From: Vulcanimicrobiales bacterium
GTDB lineage: Bacteria; Vulcanimicrobiota; Vulcanimicrobiia; Vulcanimicrobiales; Vulcanimicrobiaceae
Assembly (NCBI GenBank): GCA_038231455.1
Contig: JBBRLI010000006.1
Coordinates: 1-64,000 of the forward strand
DNA: 64,000 nucleotides
Direction: 5' to 3'
Shown here one piece after another: positions 49,169-58,937 of the stretch. Made by a program: the position numbers and the translations under genes. How positions within the stretch are numbered: position 1 is the stretch's first letter; the number at the start of each line of letters is the position of its first letter. The notes below the pieces were generated by a model. That model made no database searches. It worked only from the letters and a program-made list of their open reading frames with translations, and was not told the origin of the DNA.

Positions 49169-50800
49169 ATGAACGCGTTCGAACGCATCGCTCGTACCTT
49201 GCTCGCGTGCGCCATCGCCTCAGGTGTCGCGGCCTGTTCCCGCATCGCTTCTCCCAGCGGCGGTACCGCGCATGCAGACGGCGTTCGCTTCACGGTCACG
49301 AGCGATCCGGGAACGCTCGATCCGCTTTTCGCGCATGCCGACGCGAACGGCGTCGAAGCGCAACTCGCGCGCCTCGCGTTCGAGCCGTTCGTCGACATCG
49401 ACGAACGCGGTCAGCCCATTCCGATTCTGATCGAATCGATTCCGACGAAAACGAACGGTGGAATCTCGAGCGACGGCCTGACGCTCACCTATCATCTGCG
49501 GCACGGTGTGCGCTGGCACGATGGGCCCGAGGTGACGGCCGCGGATGTGCTCTTCACGCTGCGCGCGATTCGCGATGACCGCAATCCGATTCGCTCGCGC
49601 GCGGGCTACGACCGCATCGCAAAGGCGACATCACCCGATCCGTACACGGTGATCGTGCAACTCAAAGCGCCGTGGGCGCCGGCGGTGGCAACGCTGTTCT
49701 CCTATGGCACGGCGCCGCAGTACGTCTTGCCGGCACATCTCCTCGGAAAAGAACCCGATCTTGCGAAGAGCGCGTTCGGCGCGCACCCGATCGGCAACGG
49801 GCCGTATCGATTCGTCGCATGGCAACGCGGCGAGAGCGTGCGGTACGAAGCCAATCCGTCGTATTGGCGCGGCGCGCCGAAGATCGCGAAGATCGAAGCG
49901 CACATTGTCTCGGATCCCGGCACGAATCTCACGTTGCTCCGGACGGGCGAAGTCGATTGGAATTTGATCGCGCCCATCCAGCAGCAGACACTCGTCGGTC
50001 GCACCGATTTGCACTACCGGTACGTTCCGCTCGCGGTCGTCTTCGGGATCACGATCAATACGACGCACCCGCCCTTCGATGACGTGCGCGTCCGGCGAGC
50101 GCTGGCTGCATCGATCGATCGCGCTGGCATCTCGAAGAAGATCACATACGGCCGGTATCCGGTGATCGACACCGCGCAGCCGCTCTCGTCCTGGGCGCGC
50201 GATCCACTGGTAAAGCTTCCCGCGTACGACCCGCGCGCGGCCGATGCCCTGCTCGATGTGGCGGGTTGGCGACGCGGAGCCGACGGCATGCGTGCGAAGA
50301 ACGGCAAGCCGCTCTCGCCCTCGTACGTGCAATTCCCCGAGAGTACGACGGGGGTGCGCGCGGCAACCGTCATCCAAGCCGAACTCAAATTGCGCGGAAT
50401 CGCGATGAGCATCCGGTCCGTGCCCAACGCCCAGCTCTTCTTACCAAAATCACAGGGCGGGACGCTTGCCACGGGCGCGTACGACCTTGCCTACGTGCCG
50501 TGGCCGATGGGCGCCGATCCCGATGATAGCTTCATGTTTACGTGCGATGGCGCAGCCAATTACATGCGCTACTGTAACCGGACTGTCGATGCGCTTGAGA
50601 AGCGCGCCGTTGCCGCTTCGAGTCCCGACGAACGCAAGAGCCTCTACGCGAAGATCGAACGCCAGATCGCAAGCGACGTTCCCGTCGTCTATCTTTTCAA
50701 TCCATCTTACATCTACGCGTACCGTGATGGCCTCGGCGGTTTCTGGCCGAACGCATTCTCACCGACGTGGAACGCCGTCGACTGGAACAAACGACCGTGA
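49169..50800 (+). CDS. Peptide/nickel ABC transporter substrate-binding lipoprotein (family 5)
   Basis: VAAC lipobox; DPGTLDP, LRHGVRWHDG, PIGNGPYRF, DDVRVRRAL. Confidence 0.92.
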   Translation: MNAFERIARTLLACAIASGVAACSRIASPSGGTAHADGVRFTVTSDPGTLDPLFAHADANGVEAQLARLAFEPFVDIDERGQPIPILIESIPTKTNGGISSDGLTLTYHLRHGVRWHDGPEVTAADVLFTLRAIRDDRNPIRSRAGYDRIAKATSPDPYTVIVQLKAPWAPAVATLFSYGTAPQYVLPAHLLGKEPDLAKSAFGAHPIGNGPYRFVAWQRGESVRYEANPSYWRGAPKIAKIEAHIVSDPGTNLTLLRTGEVDWNLIAPIQQQTLVGRTDLHYRYVPLAVVFGITINTTHPPFDDVRVRRALAASIDRAGISKKITYGRYPVIDTAQPLSSWARDPLVKLPAYDPRAADALLDVAGWRRGADGMRAKNGKPLSPSYVQFPESTTGVRAATVIQAELKLRGIAMSIRSVPNAQLFLPKSQGGTLATGAYDLAYVPWPMGADPDDSFMFTCDGAANYMRYCNRTVDALEKRAVAASSPDERKSLYAKIERQIASDVPVVYLFNPSYIYAYRDGLGGFWPNAFSPTWNAVDWNKRP

Positions 50801-51063
50801 TCGCACGCATCATCGAAGCCGGCTATCTCTACGAACTCATCGGCCTCGGTTACTATATCTCGTTTCTCATCATGCAGCGACCAAAAAACCGCGAGCGCTT
50901 TTCGGTCCGCTCGCGGATTCTCACATTCGGCGCGTCTTTTGCGCTTGTGGCCTCGGTGCCGTTCGGCTACGCGCGCAGCACGCCGATCATCGGTCTTGTC
51001 ATCGTAGTTGCACTCGCCGCCATCGTCTCGACGTTCCTCGACGCACGCGGCGTCGCGCGCTAA
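50797..51063 (+). CDS. Small hypothetical membrane protein (~3 TM)
   Basis: GTGA coupling with the SBP gene; hydrophobic segments. Confidence 0.6.
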   Translation: MIARIIEAGYLYELIGLGYYISFLIMQRPKNRERFSVRSRILTFGASFALVASVPFGYARSTPIIGLVIVVALAAIVSTFLDARGVAR

Positions 51064-51069
51064 GCGCGC

Positions 51070-52446
51070 ATGGCAATTTCGGAACCCCTCAATTTTGCGC
51101 CGACCAGAGCCATGCTCGGCGCGGCACTGGACGAACTCGAGGAACTCGGTACGCAGAGCGGTAGCGCCGTCGCTCCGGCGAACCGCCGCAGCGCGCTCGA
51201 TGCGTATCTTGCCGCGCCTGCACAGCGCGCTACGCCGCCGACGTGGCGCCACGATTACGCGCGGTTGTCCTTTGCGGATCTCGCGTGGTCGACCGGTCGC
51301 ATGCGCGTGCCGACGCTTCCCCCGCAGCCCGCACGTCCTGCCGCTCCGCGTGAACTCGACGAGCAAGACGCGCCGGCGCTCGCGGTCGAGAACGCCGGGG
51401 GGCTGGTGCATCTCGGTAGCACCTACCTTGAACCGCAAGAGCGGCGCGGCGATGCGCGCGTCGCGATGCTCGCGCTCGCCGACGCAAAACGGCAGAAACC
51501 GGCCGCCGTCGCCGCGATTCACGGCACGATCGTTGCACCCGCGGTCGATCGATTTACCGCACTTGCGACGGCGTTTCAGAACTGCGGTGCGTTCGTTGAC
51601 ATCCCGGCGGGCGTGGTGCTCGATGCGCCGCTGCAACTCGTGTGGGCTTCGCGACCGGGTGAAGCGAGCGCCGTGTTCCCACACACGGTCGTGCGCGTGG
51701 GCGCGAATGCGCAGGCGACGATCATCGAGCGCTTCGTTGGTGAGACGGAAGCGTTCATCTCAGCAATCGTCGAGGTCGACCTCGAAGCGGGCGCGCGTTT
51801 GGATTACGTCGCGATCCAGCAAACCGATGAGGGCGCTCGCCTCGTGACGTATCGCGGTGCCCGCTGTGCCGAAGGGGCAACGATCGGCTGGCACGTCGCT
51901 GACTTAGGCGGTGCGCTCGCGCGCGACACGCTTATCGCCGACCTTGTTGCGCGGCGCGCGAGCGCCGAGATCAACGCGTTCTTTTTCGTTCGCGGGTTCG
52001 CGCACGCCGAGCTTACCGTGGCGTGTCGCCACGATGCTTCGGAGACGCAGTCGGCGACCGTCGTACGGAGCGCGGCGGCCGATCGTGGACACGGCCGTTT
52101 TACGGGCGAGATCGCGATCGCCGCGAGTACCCGGGGCGCCCGCGCGTCGATGCGCGACGATGCCTTGATCCTCTCGCGCGATGCGTATTTAGATGCAACG
52201 CCGGCACTGGAAATCGGGTCGAACGAAGCATCGGCGTACCACGCCGCAACGGTCGGTTCGCTCGATGAAGAAGCGCTTTTTTACGTCCAGTCGCGCGGCA
52301 TCCCACGCGGCATCGCCGAACGAATGATGTCGCTGGCCTTTTTCGAGGGGGCGATCGCCGGGTTTCCGGGCGAAGCGGTTCGCGACGAAGTCCGAACGGC
52401 GCTCGACGCCGCCCTCGATGCCATCCCGGAAACGTTCCTCACCTAG
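51070..52446 (+). CDS. sufD: SufD-like Fe-S cluster assembly protein
   Basis: TWRH, beta-helix region, PALEI..ASAYHAATVGSLDEEALFYVQSRGI. Confidence 0.8.
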   Translation: MAISEPLNFAPTRAMLGAALDELEELGTQSGSAVAPANRRSALDAYLAAPAQRATPPTWRHDYARLSFADLAWSTGRMRVPTLPPQPARPAAPRELDEQDAPALAVENAGGLVHLGSTYLEPQERRGDARVAMLALADAKRQKPAAVAAIHGTIVAPAVDRFTALATAFQNCGAFVDIPAGVVLDAPLQLVWASRPGEASAVFPHTVVRVGANAQATIIERFVGETEAFISAIVEVDLEAGARLDYVAIQQTDEGARLVTYRGARCAEGATIGWHVADLGGALARDTLIADLVARRASAEINAFFFVRGFAHAELTVACRHDASETQSATVVRSAAADRGHGRFTGEIAIAASTRGARASMRDDALILSRDAYLDATPALEIGSNEASAYHAATVGSLDEEALFYVQSRGIPRGIAERMMSLAFFEGAIAGFPGEAVRDEVRTALDAALDAIPETFLT

Positions 52447-52455
52447 GAGTACCCG

Positions 52456-53499
52456 ATGGGCGTCGTTCTGAAAACCGAGCTCGATCCGCCGACCGTGAAG
52501 CGTCCGCCGGAGATCCTCAAAGCGCATTGGTATATCGCTGCCTGGAGCGATGAGGTCGGCCGCGAGCCGTTCGCGCGCCGCATCGCGGGCGAGCCGCTCG
52601 TGTTTTATCGAACGGAATCGGGTCAAGTCGCGGTGCTCGCAGACCGCTGTCCACACCGTCGCTTCCCGCTCTCGCGCGGGACGGTCGTCGGCGACAACCT
52701 GCAGTGCGGCTATCACGGCTTCACCTTCGAGTCCGGTGGCGGCTGCGTGAGCGTCCCGGGTCAAGAAAAAATTCCGGCCTCGGCACGCGTGCGCGCCTTT
52801 CCGGTCGTCGAACGCAGCGGCGTGATCTGGGTGTTTCCCGGCGACCCGGCGCGCGCCGATGTTGCGAAGATTCCCATAACTCCGTGGATAGCGGAGTGGA
52901 CGACGATTACCGGCTACGCGCACATCCGATCGCGCGCGACGCTCTTGATGGACAATTTGCTCGATCTCTCGCACGAGACGTATCTGCATCCATCGAGCAT
53001 CGGAACGAGCGACGTCGCGGAAACGCCGATTGCCGTCGAACAAGACGGTGACGTTTTGCACGTGCGCAAAGAAATGATCGCGGCTGAATGCCCGCCGTTC
53101 TATCGCAATTCAACCGGCATCACAACGAAGATCGATCGCACGCAGAATATCGACTATACGCCGCCCGGCTACTATCAACTCAACATCCGGGTCGCGCCGA
53201 CCGGTTCGGATGAACGAGGCTATCTGCTCAAAGTGATCTACGGACTCACGCCGGAGACGGCGACCACGACCCACGACTTTTGGGCGGTGTGTCGCGATTT
53301 CTCGCGCGATGACCTCGCGATGAGCGAGTCGCTCCGCAAGCAGCAAACCTTTGTGGTGCAAGAAGACGTCGATGCGCTCGACGCGCTCGAAGCCGCGATT
53401 ACCGCCGACGATTCAAATGCGCCCGAGGTGAGCATCGGCATCGACCGCGGTGGTCTTATGGCCCGTCGTATGATCGCCGCCCTGACGCGCGCGGAGTAG
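52456..53499 (+). CDS. Rieske non-heme iron oxygenase alpha subunit (VanA/demethylase-like)
   Basis: CPHR...CGYHG Rieske motif; DNLLDLSHETYLH iron-binding motif. Confidence 0.9.
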   Translation: MGVVLKTELDPPTVKRPPEILKAHWYIAAWSDEVGREPFARRIAGEPLVFYRTESGQVAVLADRCPHRRFPLSRGTVVGDNLQCGYHGFTFESGGGCVSVPGQEKIPASARVRAFPVVERSGVIWVFPGDPARADVAKIPITPWIAEWTTITGYAHIRSRATLLMDNLLDLSHETYLHPSSIGTSDVAETPIAVEQDGDVLHVRKEMIAAECPPFYRNSTGITTKIDRTQNIDYTPPGYYQLNIRVAPTGSDERGYLLKVIYGLTPETATTTHDFWAVCRDFSRDDLAMSESLRKQQTFVVQEDVDALDALEAAITADDSNAPEVSIGIDRGGLMARRMIAALTRAE

Positions 53500-54616
53500 C
53501 CGGCGCTTTCACCGAACAGCGACGAGGGTTATGAGATTCACAGGGATCGAGCACGTGCAGATGCGCGAGCAGGTCGAACGCGCTGCCGTCTGCTTCGGTG
53601 ATATTATCTGAGGTGAGATGATAGATGCGGCGGCCGGTGATGTCGGTGTACCAGTAGCGCATATTCGCTGCGGCCCGCGCGCCGAGCGCATCGAACGTGC
53701 CCGCGACAATTGCGGGCGCTTGCGAGACGGGTGTCCACTCTACGTTTAAGGTGAACTGGTTTGCGTTGGTATCCTCGACATACGCGCCATAATCGTGCAG
53801 TGCGTAGAGCACGGTTTTCTGATCGTGCACCATGTTGCCTAAGCGATCGATCTGCGCGTGTGTGAGATCGAACCACAGATGCGCGCCGAGTGGAATGTCC
53901 TGCTCCGGCTGCGGGTCGTCGTGCCGACATCGCTGCTGAGCGTGGCCGAGCGCCGGATAGATCGACGTGTTCCCGCCGCACGGCGTCGAAACGGCGAGCG
54001 CGTGCCGAATTCCACCGGGGCCGCGTGCGAGTTCGGCAGCCGTAACCGCACCGCCGAAGAGCGATGCGCCAGCCGCATTGGCGATAATGGCGGGATGCCA
54101 ACCGTCACCGCTCGCGAGACTTTGGACGATGCCGCCAAAGCCAACCCGGTAGGTATGTCCGTCTTTCCAATCGCCACTCGTGCGGACCTCATACAGTTCG
54201 ACGGCGGCGCCGCTTGGCTGAATGCTTACCAGATGCGCATCGCCACGCCCGGCGCCTTGCGACATGGCTTTCGCCGGCATACGAATCGTGCGCCCCGCAA
54301 ACGGGCAAGCAAAATACGTCTCAAAGCAAGTCAGCCGCACGAGCGGATCTCTCACCGTCGTATGGTAAATCGGGATGCTCTCGTCGTGTGCGTTATCGTA
54401 AGGAACGCTCACACGCGGAGACCAAAAAAAGTTGCCGAGCCCTTGCGCGCGCAGCCAATCAATTTTCGTGCGGTCATTCGCAGCGAGTCGCGGCCAGGAG
54501 ATCAGGCGCGTATTCCACGGTGAGTGCCCTTGCACGAACGGTCGCGCGCTTGCAGGCAGCGCTATGCCGAGCGTGCACGCGAACGCCAGAATGACCCATC
54601 GGGCAAAAAATCCCAC
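53456..54616 (-). CDS. Hypothetical secreted protein
   Basis: Signal peptide ending ASA; SPWNT, DAHLVSI, IRHALAV, ALHDYGAYVED motifs; TACGAT 6 nt before GTG. Confidence 0.7.
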   Translation of the reverse strand: MGFFARWVILAFACTLGIALPASARPFVQGHSPWNTRLISWPRLAANDRTKIDWLRAQGLGNFFWSPRVSVPYDNAHDESIPIYHTTVRDPLVRLTCFETYFACPFAGRTIRMPAKAMSQGAGRGDAHLVSIQPSGAAVELYEVRTSGDWKDGHTYRVGFGGIVQSLASGDGWHPAIIANAAGASLFGGAVTAAELARGPGGIRHALAVSTPCGGNTSIYPALGHAQQRCRHDDPQPEQDIPLGAHLWFDLTHAQIDRLGNMVHDQKTVLYALHDYGAYVEDTNANQFTLNVEWTPVSQAPAIVAGTFDALGARAAANMRYWYTDITGRRIYHLTSDNITEADGSAFDLLAHLHVLDPCESHNPRRCSVKAPATPRASGRRSYDGP

Positions 54617-54645
54617 GGCAGAATCGTACCCGCCAAGCGGCCGTA

Positions 54646-55374
54646 TTATCGGCCCAGGAGCGCAGCCCGACCGAGCGGCCAAAAGCGCACGAACGCATGA
54701 CCCGTGAACGAGGCGCGTTGCCCTTCGCGCGGGCCGCTGTGAAACGTCCCGCCGGTCTGCGCGAAGCCCCAGAGATGTGAATCATCCGAGCGGTTACGAT
54801 TGTCGCCGAGCATCAGGTAACAGCCATCGGGGATCCGATCGGGCGCCGACCATAGCGCGCGCGCTGGGAAGTTCGCACTTGCGGGATCGAGCGCAACGCC
54901 GTCGACGATAATGTGATAGTCTTTGATTGCGAGTTCGTAGTTCGGCTTTTCCGCAACGTACGGCTCGGCAAGCGCGAGCCCGTTGCGATAGACGATTCCA
55001 TTGTGAACGCGGATCGTGTCGCCCGGGACGCCGATCGTGCGTTTGATGAAATCATCGGTGCTTGGGATCGGCGGCACGAAGATCGCGATGTCGCCGGATT
55101 TTGGCGCGCCCAGGCGATACTCGAATTCATTGGCCATCAAGACATCGTGAATCTTGAGCGTCGGCACCATCGACTCGCTTGGGATGAAGAACGGCCGGAT
55201 CAGAAACGTGACGAGCACGAGCGCGACGAGACCCGCGACGATGAACGCATCGAGATACTCGCGGACGACGAGGCGCGTGCGCGCGGCCGGTAGCGTAATG
55301 CCCGGCCGCATGCTGATGCCGATCCGCACGAGCGAAAACGTAGCAACGAGTGCGAGTAACTCAAGCGGTGTCAA
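54646..55374 (-). CDS. lepB: Signal peptidase I
   Basis: IPSESMVPTL (Ser), FIKRTIGVPGD (Lys), GDNRNRSDDSH. Confidence 0.95.
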   Translation of the reverse strand: MTPLELLALVATFSLVRIGISMRPGITLPAARTRLVVREYLDAFIVAGLVALVLVTFLIRPFFIPSESMVPTLKIHDVLMANEFEYRLGAPKSGDIAIFVPPIPSTDDFIKRTIGVPGDTIRVHNGIVYRNGLALAEPYVAEKPNYELAIKDYHIIVDGVALDPASANFPARALWSAPDRIPDGCYLMLGDNRNRSDDSHLWGFAQTGGTFHSGPREGQRASFTGHAFVRFWPLGRAALLGR

Positions 55375-55412
55375 AAAAAATCCCCCACGGTCGGCCGAAC
55401 CGACGTGGGGGA
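55373..55412 (-). terminator. Intrinsic terminator after pntB, overlapping the lepB RBS/start
   Basis: TCCCCCAC...GTGGGGGA stem followed by an 8-T run on the minus strand. Confidence 0.75.
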
Positions 55413-55441
55413 CGTACTTCGCTTTTGAGGCGTGGTTTCAG

Positions 55442-56842
55442 CTAGAGCGCTTTGACCGCCGTCACAACCGCGTCGATCGACTTCTTTGCATCCCCAAAGA
55501 GCATTGCGGTTTTTGGATCGTCATAGAGCGGGTTGTCGATCCCGGCGAAGCCCGGCTTCATCGAACGTTTGAGGACGATGATGTTCGCTGCTTTGTCGAC
55601 ATCGAGAATCGGCATGCCGTAGATCGGCGAGGATTTATCACTTCGTGCCGCGGGGTTGGTCACGTCGTTTGCACCGATGATGAGCGCAACGTCGGTGCGC
55701 GAAAATTCGGGGTTGATTTCGTCCATGTCGTAGAGCGCTGGATACGGCACGTTCGCCTCGGCGAGAAGCACGTTCATATGACCCGGCATGCGACCGGCGA
55801 CGGGATGAATTGCGTATTTCACTTCGACGCCGCGCTTTTCCAGCTGGTCGGCGAGTTCGCGTACGCTGTGCTGTGCTTGCGCGACAGCCATACCGTAACC
55901 CGGCACGATGATCACTTGACTTGCATACGCGAGCATCGCGCCAACATCGTCCGCGGATAGTGAACGCACGTTTTGGCCTGCCGTGCTGGACGAGCCGCCC
56001 GTGGCGGTCTGCACGCTGCCGAACGCGCCGAAGAGGACGTTGGTGATGGAGCGATTCATCGCTTTGCCCATCATCAAGGTGAGCAGCGTGCCGGATGCAC
56101 CGACAAGCGCACCCGAGATGATGAGCACGTTGTTTGCGAGCACGAAACCCGTAAGCGCGGCGGCAAGCCCCGTAAACGAGTTGAGCAGCGAGACGATGAC
56201 CGGCATATCGGCGCCGCCGATCGGCAGCACGAAGAGGACGCCCAGCACCAGCGCCGCGACCAGCGCGACCCAGAACCACGTAGTGATGTTGAGGTTTGCG
56301 ATCACCATTGCTGCTGCGCCGAGTACGATGAGTAAGATCGCCGCGTTGACGACTTGCTGGCCCGGATAGACGATCGGACGGCCGGTCATCACTTCTTGTA
56401 ATTTGAGGAACGCGATGATGGAACCGGAGAAACTCAGCGCGCCGATGGCGCTCGTAAGGACGATGGTAAACGTTTGATCGAACGGTAGCCACGCGCCCGG
56501 ACTTGCATTCAGAAGTTTGAGCAGTTCGCCCGCAGCGACGAGAGCCGCCGCGCCGCCGCCCGCGCCGTTGAAGAGCGCGACCATCTGCGGCATCGCGGTC
56601 ATTTTCACGACGCGGCCGGAGTAGATTCCGATACTCGCGCCGATGACGACGCCGATGGCGAGCACCCACCACTGCACGATGCCTTGCGTGAGGACGGCGA
56701 TGAGTGCGACGAGCATGCCGAGTGCGGCTAAGCGATTTCCCAGGCGCGCCGTTTTCGGCGAGCTGAGATAGCGTAGTCCGAGAATGAAGAGAACGCCGGT
56801 GATGAGATAGGCGACGTTGACGGGACTCGCAGCGATCGCCAT
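55442..56842 (-). CDS. pntB: NAD(P) transhydrogenase subunit beta
   Basis: MTAMPQMVA, IGGADMPV, PGYGMAVAQAQH, HPVAGRMPGHMNVLLAEA. Confidence 0.97.
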   Translation of the reverse strand: MAIAASPVNVAYLITGVLFILGLRYLSSPKTARLGNRLAALGMLVALIAVLTQGIVQWWVLAIGVVIGASIGIYSGRVVKMTAMPQMVALFNGAGGGAAALVAAGELLKLLNASPGAWLPFDQTFTIVLTSAIGALSFSGSIIAFLKLQEVMTGRPIVYPGQQVVNAAILLIVLGAAAMVIANLNITTWFWVALVAALVLGVLFVLPIGGADMPVIVSLLNSFTGLAAALTGFVLANNVLIISGALVGASGTLLTLMMGKAMNRSITNVLFGAFGSVQTATGGSSSTAGQNVRSLSADDVGAMLAYASQVIIVPGYGMAVAQAQHSVRELADQLEKRGVEVKYAIHPVAGRMPGHMNVLLAEANVPYPALYDMDEINPEFSRTDVALIIGANDVTNPAARSDKSSPIYGMPILDVDKAANIIVLKRSMKPGFAGIDNPLYDDPKTAMLFGDAKKSIDAVVTAVKAL

Positions 56843-57151
56843 CTAGTCGGTCTCTTTCTTCGCAACGATCGGTCGCGGTTTGAACATTTCGAGCATGCGT
56901 TCGGTGACGGTGAAGCCGCCGAAGACGTTGAGCGATGCGAGGATCACAAGGATAACGCCGATGACGGCTTGGAAGGGCGCATCGAGCGTACCCGTCACGA
57001 GGATCGCGCCGACGAGGACGATTCCGTGAATGGCGTTGGTCGCCGACATCAGCGGCGTGTGCAAGGTAGAGGGGACTTTCGAGATCACTTCGATCCCGAC
57101 GAACACCGATAACACGAAGACGGTGAGTTCGGTAAGGAGCTGTTCGCTCAC
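56843..57151 (-). CDS. pntAB: NAD(P) transhydrogenase alpha subunit part 2
   Basis: LHTPLMSATNAI, GGFTVTERMLEMF. Confidence 0.95.
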   Translation of the reverse strand: MSEQLLTELTVFVLSVFVGIEVISKVPSTLHTPLMSATNAIHGIVLVGAILVTGTLDAPFQAVIGVILVILASLNVFGGFTVTERMLEMFKPRPIVAKKETD

Positions 57152-58287
57152 GCGCGGCCTCCGGTTAGGGCGGAAAGAGTGGGTTCGTGGACGATCTCGC
57201 CGTCTTTAACGATCGTCGTACCGCGCACGATTTCATCGGTCATGTCGAGGACGAGGACGCCGTCTTTAATGATGTAATCGAGCAGCGTCTGCACGTTGCG
57301 CGAGTACAACTGACTTGCGTGCGTGGCGACGGTCGAGGTGAGGTTCAGCGGACCCACGATGTTTACGCCGTTCGCACTCACGACGGTTTCGCCGGCTTTG
57401 GTGAGTTCGCAATTCCCACCGGTCTCGGCGGCGATGTCGATCACGACGCTGCCGGGCGCCATCGCCGCGACCGCTTGCGCGGTTACGAGAATCGGCGCTT
57501 TACGACCGGGGATCGCGGCTGTGGTAATCACGACGTCGGCGGCGCCGATCGCCTTCACCATACCGGCGCGCTGTTTTTCAACGGCTTCTGGCGAAAGCTC
57601 TTTTGCGTAGCCGCCCGTGCCTTCAGCCGATTCGCCGAGATCGATCTCGAGAAATTTTGCTCCGAGCGACTGCACTTGTTCTTTCACCGCTGCGCGCACA
57701 TCGTAGCCGATGACGACGGCGCCGAGGCGGCGCGCCGTTGCGATCGCTTGCAAACCGGCGACGCCCGCACCGAGCACGAGCACGTGCGCCGGTTTGATCG
57801 TCCCGGCAGCCGTGGTGAGCATGGGGAAATACTTCGCGAGCGTATCGGCTGCGAGAATCACGGCTTTATAGCCGGCGATATTTGCTTGCGAGGAGAGCGC
57901 GTCCATCGACTGGGCTTTGGTCGTACGCGGGATCGCATCCATACTGAGCGCCGTGAGTTTGCGCTTCGCGTACCGCTCGACTGAGGGCGCATCGCCGAGC
58001 GGCGCGAGGAAGCCCACGATCGTCGTGCCCGGGGCGAGGCCCTCGAGTTCGGCATCGGTGGGTTTGCCGACGCGCGCGACCAAGTCCGCGCCGCCGTAGA
58101 GCGCTCCGCCATCGACGATCGTCGCGCCGGCGGCTTCGTACGCGGCATCGGGATACGCGGCTTGGACGCCGGCTCCGCGTTCGACGACGACGGAAATCCC
58201 CGCTTTGACGAACTTCGCGACGGTTTCGGGGATCAGCGCGACGCGGCGTTCGCCGCTCGCGCGTTCTTTCGGAATGGCGATTTTCAC
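57148..58287 (-). CDS. pntAA: NAD(P) transhydrogenase alpha subunit part 1
   Basis: GERRVA, AQSMDALSSQ, GAGVAGLQA, GGYAK, GGNCE. Confidence 0.96.
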   Translation of the reverse strand: MKIAIPKERASGERRVALIPETVAKFVKAGISVVVERGAGVQAAYPDAAYEAAGATIVDGGALYGGADLVARVGKPTDAELEGLAPGTTIVGFLAPLGDAPSVERYAKRKLTALSMDAIPRTTKAQSMDALSSQANIAGYKAVILAADTLAKYFPMLTTAAGTIKPAHVLVLGAGVAGLQAIATARRLGAVVIGYDVRAAVKEQVQSLGAKFLEIDLGESAEGTGGYAKELSPEAVEKQRAGMVKAIGAADVVITTAAIPGRKAPILVTAQAVAAMAPGSVVIDIAAETGGNCELTKAGETVVSANGVNIVGPLNLTSTVATHASQLYSRNVQTLLDYIIKDGVLVLDMTDEIVRGTTIVKDGEIVHEPTLSALTGGRA

Positions 58288-58355
58288 GGGAGTTTACCTA
58301 CGGTGGCTTGAGGTTGTGCTACTAATCGTTCTCGACAACCATCGGACCTGCGATT

Positions 58356-58724
58356 CTAAAGGCCGAAGTAGATCGCGAGGGATGCAACGAGGCACCCAGC
58401 CCCCCCGACGATGTGCGTGAGATAGCTCTTCCGCGCGGCTGCGCCGCGTTCGCGATTGACGATCATCGCGTCGATAATCGCGATTACGGCAGAAAACGAG
58501 AGGGTGAAGAGAATCGCGAAGTGCGCTTTGCCAAGGACGAGCCCGAGCAGGATGAAGCCGAGGGCGAAATCTCGCACTCCAAGCGCTCGGACGAGTGCGA
58601 GCGCGAACGGTTCGGTCGACGGTAACCCGTATTGTTCGGACGAGGTCTTCGGTGCAACCAGTGCGGCGATCCCGATCGCGATAAACGCGATCGCCCCCAG
58701 AAGCGCAAGTGTCATGCCGATCAT
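58356..58724 (-). CDS. DUF4267-like membrane protein
   Basis: 4 [17 protein letters not shown] and H in TM segments. Confidence 0.7.
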   Translation of the reverse strand: MIGMTLALLGAIAFIAIGIAALVAPKTSSEQYGLPSTEPFALALVRALGVRDFALGFILLGLVLGKAHFAILFTLSFSAVIAIIDAMIVNRERGAAARKSYLTHIVGGAGCLVASLAIYFGL

Positions 58725-58778
58725 GCGGTAATTCCCATACGAAGAACCTTGGACGCCGCTGTGCGGTCGAACGATGCG

Positions 58779-58925
58779 ATGCGCGGCGTCAAGAAAGCAA
58801 ACTTACCGACCAAGAACTGCGCGCAATGCGGGTTATCTTTCACTTGGCGCAAAAAATGGACTTTGAACTGGGACGACGTTCGCTATTGCAGCGAGCGCTG
58901 CCGCCGGGCGAAGCCGCAGCGCTAG
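58779..58925 (+). CDS. DUF2256 domain small protein
   Basis: [23 protein letters not shown]...[12 protein letters not shown] matches the DUF2256 pattern. Confidence 0.88.
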   Translation: MRGVKKANLPTKNCAQCGLSFTWRKKWTLNWDDVRYCSERCRRAKPQR

Positions 58926-58937
58926 CGCCACGCGGCG

